Virus record (IMG/VR): IMGVR_UViG_2563366974_000015
Source: a virus
Lineage: Duplodnaviria; Heunggongvirae; Uroviricota; Caudoviricetes
Length of the DNA: 8,078 nucleotides
Direction: 5' to 3' (one strand)
Shown: positions 6,938-8,078 of the stretch, piece after piece
Layout: every line of letters begins with the position of its first letter
Numbering within the stretch: position 1 is the stretch's first letter
Translations under genes and position numbers: made by a program
The notes under the pieces: model-generated
What the model was told of the DNA's origin: nothing
Database searches by the model: none
What the model saw: the letters and a program-made list of their open reading frames with translations, nothing else

Positions 6938-7528
6938 TTATATGTCAGGTGTCTGAAGTTTTGCTTTGGCTCTTAAAATGGTTTGCCGCGAGGTTTTGAA
7001 TTCCCGGGCAATGGCACTTATACTTACACCTGACTTAATTCGTTCGAATACCACCTGTTTCTGTTCTTCATTTAACACAGGTGGTCGACCAAAACGTTTC
7101 CCTGCGCCGCTGGCTCTTACTATCCCGGAATGAGTGCGTTCAAGTAAAAGGTCTCGTTCAAATTCAGCGACTGCTGAAATTACGTGCATCATCATTTTTC
7201 CTGTTGGACTGGTCAGGTCAATGCCCCCCAATGCTAAGCAATGCACTCTGATACCTGTTTCGGTCAGTTGTTCCACTGTTTTCCTGATATCCATTGCATT
7301 ACAACCAAGGCGATCCAGTTTTGTCACAATCAATTGATCACCACATTTCAGGCGAGCAAGCAACCGGTTAAAACCAGGACGCTCACTGGTTGCTGCTGAG
7401 CCGCTAATGTGTTCTTCGATTATTTGCTGAGGTTTGATTTTAAAACCTGCACTTTCGATTTCCCGGCGTTGATTTTCGGTGGTCTGATCCAGCGTTGATA
7501 TCCGACAGTAAGCAAAAATTCGAGACAT
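6938..7528 (-). CDS. pin: Serine recombinase of the DNA-invertase/resolvase family (Pin-type, as found beside tail-fibre genes in Rac/Qin prophages)
   Basis: 196-aa ORF with N-terminal catalytic-serine motif [13 protein letters not shown], the KLDRLG motif and a C-terminal helix-turn-helix ([19 protein letters not shown]). Length and sequence match my recollection of PinR/PinQ. It is convergent with the fibre genes and adjacent to the tfa remnant. Confidence 0.88.
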   Translation of the reverse strand: MSRIFAYCRISTLDQTTENQRREIESAGFKIKPQQIIEEHISGSAATSERPGFNRLLARLKCGDQLIVTKLDRLGCNAMDIRKTVEQLTETGIRVHCLALGGIDLTSPTGKMMMHVISAVAEFERDLLLERTHSGIVRASGAGKRFGRPPVLNEEQKQVVFERIKSGVSISAIAREFKTSRQTILRAKAKLQTPDI

Positions 7529-7844
7529 AGTGAGACTCTATACGAAATTGGTGTTCATATCATAATGCATCTCAGAAAATAATTTTGATTATTTTTGTGC
7601 ATATTTGTATGTACACGTTCGAAAATAAACGAATGCGTATGCAACCCCGTAACTTTGGTGAGACCCAAAATCGATTTTGTGAAAAATGGCTTTAACTCGG
7701 TTTGTTTTTCGAGTTCCGGGCGGACTCAAGGAAGAAGAATAGTGTTGCGTGTTATTTTAACCAGATTTCAAGTTGTTTGGTCGTGGAAAAGTGGAGCAAA
7801 ATGTTGTTAAAGTGGAAAAATGATAAAAAAGTAAGTTTATTATA

Positions 7845-8078
7845 TTACATTTTACCATTTAAATTTTGGTTGTCTTTAAGAACTGATATCGCTGTTTGTA
7901 ATAATTCTTTGTTATCCAGCCATGACTTTTTCTTTATGTTTCCTTCAATGTAATCAAGCAATGTTCTGGTATTGATAGGTCTTCCCTGTTTTGCTACTTC
8001 CACGACAGCATCTCCCAGGATAATTCTGACTTCAGGAAGCTGCGCAGGGAACCACTTTAGGGTGTCTTTTGATTTCAT
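7845..8078 (-). CDS. ynaE: YnaE/YdfK-family prophage protein (function unknown; cold-shock-associated in E. coli K-12)
   Basis: 77-aa ORF MKSKDTLKWFPAQLPEVRIILGDAVVEVAKQGRPINTRTLLDYIEGNIKKKSWLDNKELLQTAISVLKDNQNLNGKM, essentially the YnaE/YdfK sequence as remembered. It lies next to pin as in Rac and Qin. The start codon is at the window edge, so upstream signals cannot be seen. Confidence 0.75.
   Translation of the reverse strand: MKSKDTLKWFPAQLPEVRIILGDAVVEVAKQGRPINTRTLLDYIEGNIKKKSWLDNKELLQTAISVLKDNQNLNGKM

Noticed and set aside
4060-6940. Mu-G-like invertible segment carrying alternative fibre tips controlled by Pin
   Set aside because: No inverted duplicate of a tip or tfa gene is present, all credible ORFs are on the + strand, and no pair of 26-bp inverted crossover sites was found by eye. 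The idea is kept only as the orphan-invertase finding.
7134-7337. 67-aa + strand ORF inside pin
   Set aside because: Antisense to the well-supported recombinase gene.
7695-7716. Inverted repeat AACTCG-N10-CGAGTT as a possible terminator
   Set aside because: It is not followed by a U-run on either strand, so it is unlikely to be an intrinsic terminator.
7595-7953. ORFs 7595-7810 and 7702-7953 on the + strand in the pin-ynaE spacer
   Set aside because: They lie in AT-rich intergenic sequence, have no ribosome-binding sites, give low-complexity translations, and the second overlaps the 3' end of the YnaE-like gene. The region more likely holds the pin promoter and regulatory sites.

Overview
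This window looks like the distal tail-fibre end of a lambdoid prophage of the Rac/Qin type from an E. coli-like enterobacterium. All identifications are from reading the translations and from memory of protein families; no database search was run. On the + strand, in order: the 3' two-thirds of host-specificity gene J (1-2301), a terminator, the lom outer-membrane moron (2369-2968), a second terminator, then the side tail fibre gene stf (3033-4619) with a lambda-like N-terminus and Ala/Ser/Thr-rich fibre repeats. About 4100 the GC content drops sharply (roughly 57% to 32-43% in sampled 60-nt blocks) and a ~2.3 kb cassette begins: the stf C-terminal region and a same-frame ORF that together resemble a LamG/concanavalin-A-like tip domain, a 93-aa acidic protein, a 234-aa coiled-coil protein with a C-terminal peptidase-S74 intramolecular-chaperone domain, and a 97-aa membrane protein. 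Only the last ~39 codons of the canonical tail-fibre assembly gene tfa remain (6721-6840). A convergent Pin-type serine recombinase (6938-7528, - strand) and a YnaE/YdfK-like gene (7845-8078, - strand) close the window. The most interesting points are that the stf frame is broken by two stops 15 nt apart yet stays open in the same frame to 5411, that tfa has been replaced by an unfamiliar tip/chaperone cassette, and that the Pin invertase has no recognisable invertible segment to act on.
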